From assembly GCA_963743885.1 (NCBI GenBank), contig CAVURJ010000001.1, forward strand, positions 204,949 to 268,948: 64,000 nucleotides of DNA, in the 5' to 3' direction. Below the pieces are notes generated by a model. The model was given only the letters and a program-made list of their open reading frames with translations. It ran no database searches and had not been told where the DNA came from. Source of the stretch: Candidatus Moraniibacteriota bacterium. GTDB lineage: Bacteria; Patescibacteriota; Minisyncoccia; Moranbacterales; UBA1568. How positions within the stretch are numbered: position 1 is the first letter of the stretch; every line of letters starts with the position of its first letter. Below, piece by piece: positions 61,661 through 64,000 of this stretch. The translations under genes and the position numbers were made by a program.

Positions 61661-61736
61661 TACAGGAAGTCTCTGTGAAAGCTCTCCCGCCCTTTCGGGC
61701 GGGATTGTTTTTTGTCTTAGAAAGGGGTATCCTGAA
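61415..61736 (+). repeat. 322-bp segment identical to 61927-62248 (3' two-thirds of the pilin gene plus its terminator)
   Basis: Exact identity at a 512-bp offset. The N-terminal-encoding parts of the two pilin genes are about 80% identical. Confidence 0.85.
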
Positions 61737-61803
61737 GAGAGGAATCTTAATGGGGTGTTTCGACACGCCGGATAAAATACAAACCGGAAAGGAGGTGAGA
61801 AGT

Positions 61804-62172
61804 ATGAACTTCATCAAGAACGCCATGTACGCTGCTTTTGCAGCTGCTTTGGCTGTCACTCCATCCGTAGCGGGTGCACAGTGGGCCGCTGGAAAGGCCA
61901 ACGCGGCCGCTTCCGGACTCCCGAACGATACCATCTACGGGATCATCAATAGGACTATGAACTGGCTCCTCATGATCCTCGGTTTCATCGGCATCATCGG
62001 CTTCGTCATCGCTGGCATCCTGTATCTCACCGCCGCCGGAGACGAAGATCAGATTGGCAAGGCGAAGACTGCCATGATGTATTCCATCATCGGCATCATC
62101 GTCGCTCTCATGGGTTTCGTCATCATCAGAGCTGTCGAAAGCTGGCTCTCTGCAGGCGCATTCACTTTCTAG
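61804..62172 (+). CDS. T4SS pilin-like protein, paralog 3 (C-terminal 2/3 identical to paralog 2)
   Basis: MNFIKNAMYAAFAAALAVTPSVAGA signal peptide. RBS aaggagg is upstream. Confidence 0.6.
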   Translation: MNFIKNAMYAAFAAALAVTPSVAGAQWAAGKANAAASGLPNDTIYGIINRTMNWLLMILGFIGIIGFVIAGILYLTAAGDEDQIGKAKTAMMYSIIGIIVALMGFVIIRAVESWLSAGAFTF

Positions 62173-62282
62173 TACAGGAAGTCTCTGTGAAAGCTCTCCC
62201 GCCCTTTCGGGCGGGATTGTTTTTTGTCTTAGAAAGGGGTATCCTGAAAGAAATGGGGGTAGGTATATTTATATAAAAAATA

Positions 62283-63113
62283 ATGTCTATGGCGCGCGCT
62301 TTTCGCATGTCGGCATTTTTGGCAGTTTTGTCGCTAGCGGGTTTTCCGTTGTCGTTGGTATCCGCTCAGCAGCCAGGAGGGACTTCTGGGGAAGATTGTA
62401 CGGGTATGGGGACAGGGTATTTCTGTACCCCGATGCTTACATGCAATGGTACCAATGAGATAAAATCAGTGAGCGGATGTTCCAAATCTGAAGATGCATG
62501 CTGCGGACCAAAAGCAAGCGGAGGCACCGACTCGGGATCTTCATCGAGCGGTGGTTCATCTTCGTCATCCTCTGGTGCTTCTAGTGGAGGGGTGGCTTGC
62601 ACGGTTGCTCCGTATGGGAAAGTCGGCATATGTGGCGGTTCGACGTGCGCCGGTATCGCGGCGGCTGACGCTGTATGTGGTGCGTGGCCGGCGAATAAAT
62701 GTTGTTATATCGCTAGCTCCGGAGGCGCTTCTTCAGGAGGCGCTCTTGGTGGCGGAGCTTCCAGCTCCGGAGGAGGTGCCGCCGCCGCAGGAGTCGATTG
62801 TCCTGGCGGCATCATCAAGGGTGGCGTGTGTTTTCCTGGTGGTACCGGGCTGCCTGATCCGGTGGGCGGGATAGGCGAAGTGCTGATGAACCTTATGGAT
62901 TGGTTGCTCGGTATCTTCGGCATGCTCGCTGTCATCGCGTTTGTCATTTCGGGCATTCAGTATCTTCTTGCAGCCGGTGACGAACGTCAGGCCGAGACGG
63001 CGAAGCGAAATATGAAGTATTCCATCATCGGTATCGCGGTGGCGCTTTCGGCATATATCATCATCGACGCGATCAGCTGCATGTTCGGTTCCGGAGGATT
63101 CTTTATCTGTTGA
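62283..63113 (+). CDS. pilin-like protein with a long Cys/Gly/Ser-rich N-terminal extension
   Basis: Signal peptide, about 180 aa rich in C, G and S, then a pilin domain FGMLAVIAFVISGIQYLLAAGDERQAETAKRNMKYSIIGIAVAL. Confidence 0.55.
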   Translation: MSMARAFRMSAFLAVLSLAGFPLSLVSAQQPGGTSGEDCTGMGTGYFCTPMLTCNGTNEIKSVSGCSKSEDACCGPKASGGTDSGSSSSGGSSSSSSGASSGGVACTVAPYGKVGICGGSTCAGIAAADAVCGAWPANKCCYIASSGGASSGGALGGGASSSGGGAAAAGVDCPGGIIKGGVCFPGGTGLPDPVGGIGEVLMNLMDWLLGIFGMLAVIAFVISGIQYLLAAGDERQAETAKRNMKYSIIGIAVALSAYIIIDAISCMFGSGGFFIC

Positions 63114-63126
63114 ATCTCGGATTCTT

Positions 63127-63756
63127 ATGGCAATAGCGCGATATAGCCGCATCGTACTCGTCTTTGCTGCAGGGCTCCTTTTCCTCGGGATGGTTCTGTC
63201 GGCTATGCCGGTTGGCGCGCAGATATCCGGCAGCTCGACGACGATTAGTTTCGGTAAGCCAATAACAAGCGAGTCTATCGAGGATGCGACGAGTACTGTG
63301 CTTTCGACGATACGTGCCGTCATCGTCGTTCTCGCGGTCGTTTTCATCGTTATCGGCGCCGTGTTGTATGTTACTTCCGCTGGCAATGAGGACCGTATGA
63401 GGACCGCCAAGGGCGCGATTACTGCCGCTATGGTCGGTCTTGCGCTCGGTCTGGCAGCCCCGTCTTTCCTTAAGGAAATCGGCGGAGCGCTCGGCTGGAG
63501 CGGTGCTATTGTAAGCGACCCAAGCGTTCGGACGCTTTCCGATATCGCGCGGAGCACACTCAACTTTTTCCTCTCTATCGTAGGTATCCTTTCGGTTATC
63601 ATGCTTGTCGTCGGCGGGGCGGCATATCTTACTGCTGCCGGAGATGAGAGCCGGGCTGAGACAGCCAAGAAGATTGTCAAATGGGCGATTGTCGGTATCG
63701 CGGTCACATTCGCTTCGCTCACTATTGTCACCCAGGTGGCGATGTTGCTCGTCTAG
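63127..63756 (+). CDS. protein with two tandem pilin-like domains
   Basis: YVTSAGNEDRMRTAKGAI and YLTAAGDESRAETAKKIV, each flanked by TM helices. Confidence 0.55.
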   Translation: MAIARYSRIVLVFAAGLLFLGMVLSAMPVGAQISGSSTTISFGKPITSESIEDATSTVLSTIRAVIVVLAVVFIVIGAVLYVTSAGNEDRMRTAKGAITAAMVGLALGLAAPSFLKEIGGALGWSGAIVSDPSVRTLSDIARSTLNFFLSIVGILSVIMLVVGGAAYLTAAGDESRAETAKKIVKWAIVGIAVTFASLTIVTQVAMLLV

Positions 63757-63780
63757 GAGCTGTCGGTTTGTAGAGAAAAA

Positions 63781-63823
63781 AGAAAGCGGGCGGCTACGAT
63801 GTTCCGTAGCGCCCGCTTGTCGT
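63781..63823. terminator. bidirectional terminator hairpin
   Basis: agaaagcgggcggctacgatgttccgtagcgcccgcttgtcg. Confidence 0.55.
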
Positions 63824-63830
63824 TTGCTGC

Positions 63831-64000
63831 TTACTGCCGCAACCGTTCGATGTCGGCTGTGACCATCCCACGACTTCCGTTGAGGTAGGCCTTGTTCGGC
63901 GGGAGGTTGATCCCGCACGGACGAACCCGTTCGGTTTTCGTCAGCGTGAACGTCTCGCCTTTCCACGACTCCACGATGATTCCGGTGCCGACCCGCGTGA
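63831..64000 (-). CDS. 3' end of a convergent gene (partial, runs off the window)
   Basis: The minus-strand frame reads ...GIIVESWKGETFTLTKTERVRPCGINLPPNKAYLNGSRGMVTADIERLRQ*, with stop TAA at 63831-63833. Confidence 0.35.
   Translation of the reverse strand, partial: TRVGTGIIVESWKGETFTLTKTERVRPCGINLPPNKAYLNGSRGMVTADIERLRQ

Noticed and set aside
62733-63966. Two long minus-strand ORFs (332 aa and 287 aa)
   Set aside because: They are antisense to the pilin genes. Only the extreme 3' end beyond 63831 appears to belong to a real convergent gene, and that gene reads in a different frame.

Overview
This 64-kb window has an overall GC of roughly 58%, with several markedly AT-rich inserts. The gene content suggests a reduced-genome bacterium, possibly Patescibacteria/CPR-like: a short IF-2, salvage-only NAD and CoA metabolism, PnuC, and TrbC/VirB2-type pilins with a YLTAAGDE motif. 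This lineage call is tentative.

Recognisable housekeeping genes are pcrA/uvrD, a CoaD-CoaE fusion, an NAD salvage regulon (nadM-type NMNAT, pncA-like, pncB, nadE, pnuC, nadR-type NMNAT/RNK, and a Nudix-wHTH NrtR candidate), xerC/D, infB, typA/bipA, a CCA-adding enzyme, and four tRNA or tRNA-like genes. A palindromic operator, AGTGTA-N5-TACACT, overlaps the -10 box of three of the NAD-salvage promoters.

The accessory content includes:
- A phospho-signalling cluster: a Ser/Thr kinase plus vWA dyad, and a vWA plus PP2C plus atypical-kinase triad that is TerY-P-like. These bracket the NAD genes, and a nucleoside-deoxyribosyltransferase-like/Nudix fusion follows them.
- A low-GC defence/toxin island (about 19.1-24.5 kb) carrying an AbiV-like protein, a Panacea-domain protein with an unknown partner, a frameshifted KilA-N gene, a Phd-like HTH antitoxin with a Doc toxin, and a Fic protein. 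Inside it sits a 3-copy repeat with a conserved mini-ORF.
- A second Fic cassette inserted into the last codons of pcrA with a ~36-bp duplication, and an AbiEii cassette flanked by identical 26-bp terminator copies.
- A Gram-positive/CPR-style T4SS-like locus (VirB6-like, PrgI-like, a split VirB4, a CPBP protease, and a 913-aa Cys-rich surface protein), plus a distal array of five pilin genes containing a 322-bp perfect duplication.
- Several interspersed structured repeat families showing compensatory base changes.
- A bipA gene flanked by relics of its own 5' and 3' ends.

No CRISPR array and no rRNA were seen. All calls rest on reading the sequence and the ORF translations by eye; no searches were run.
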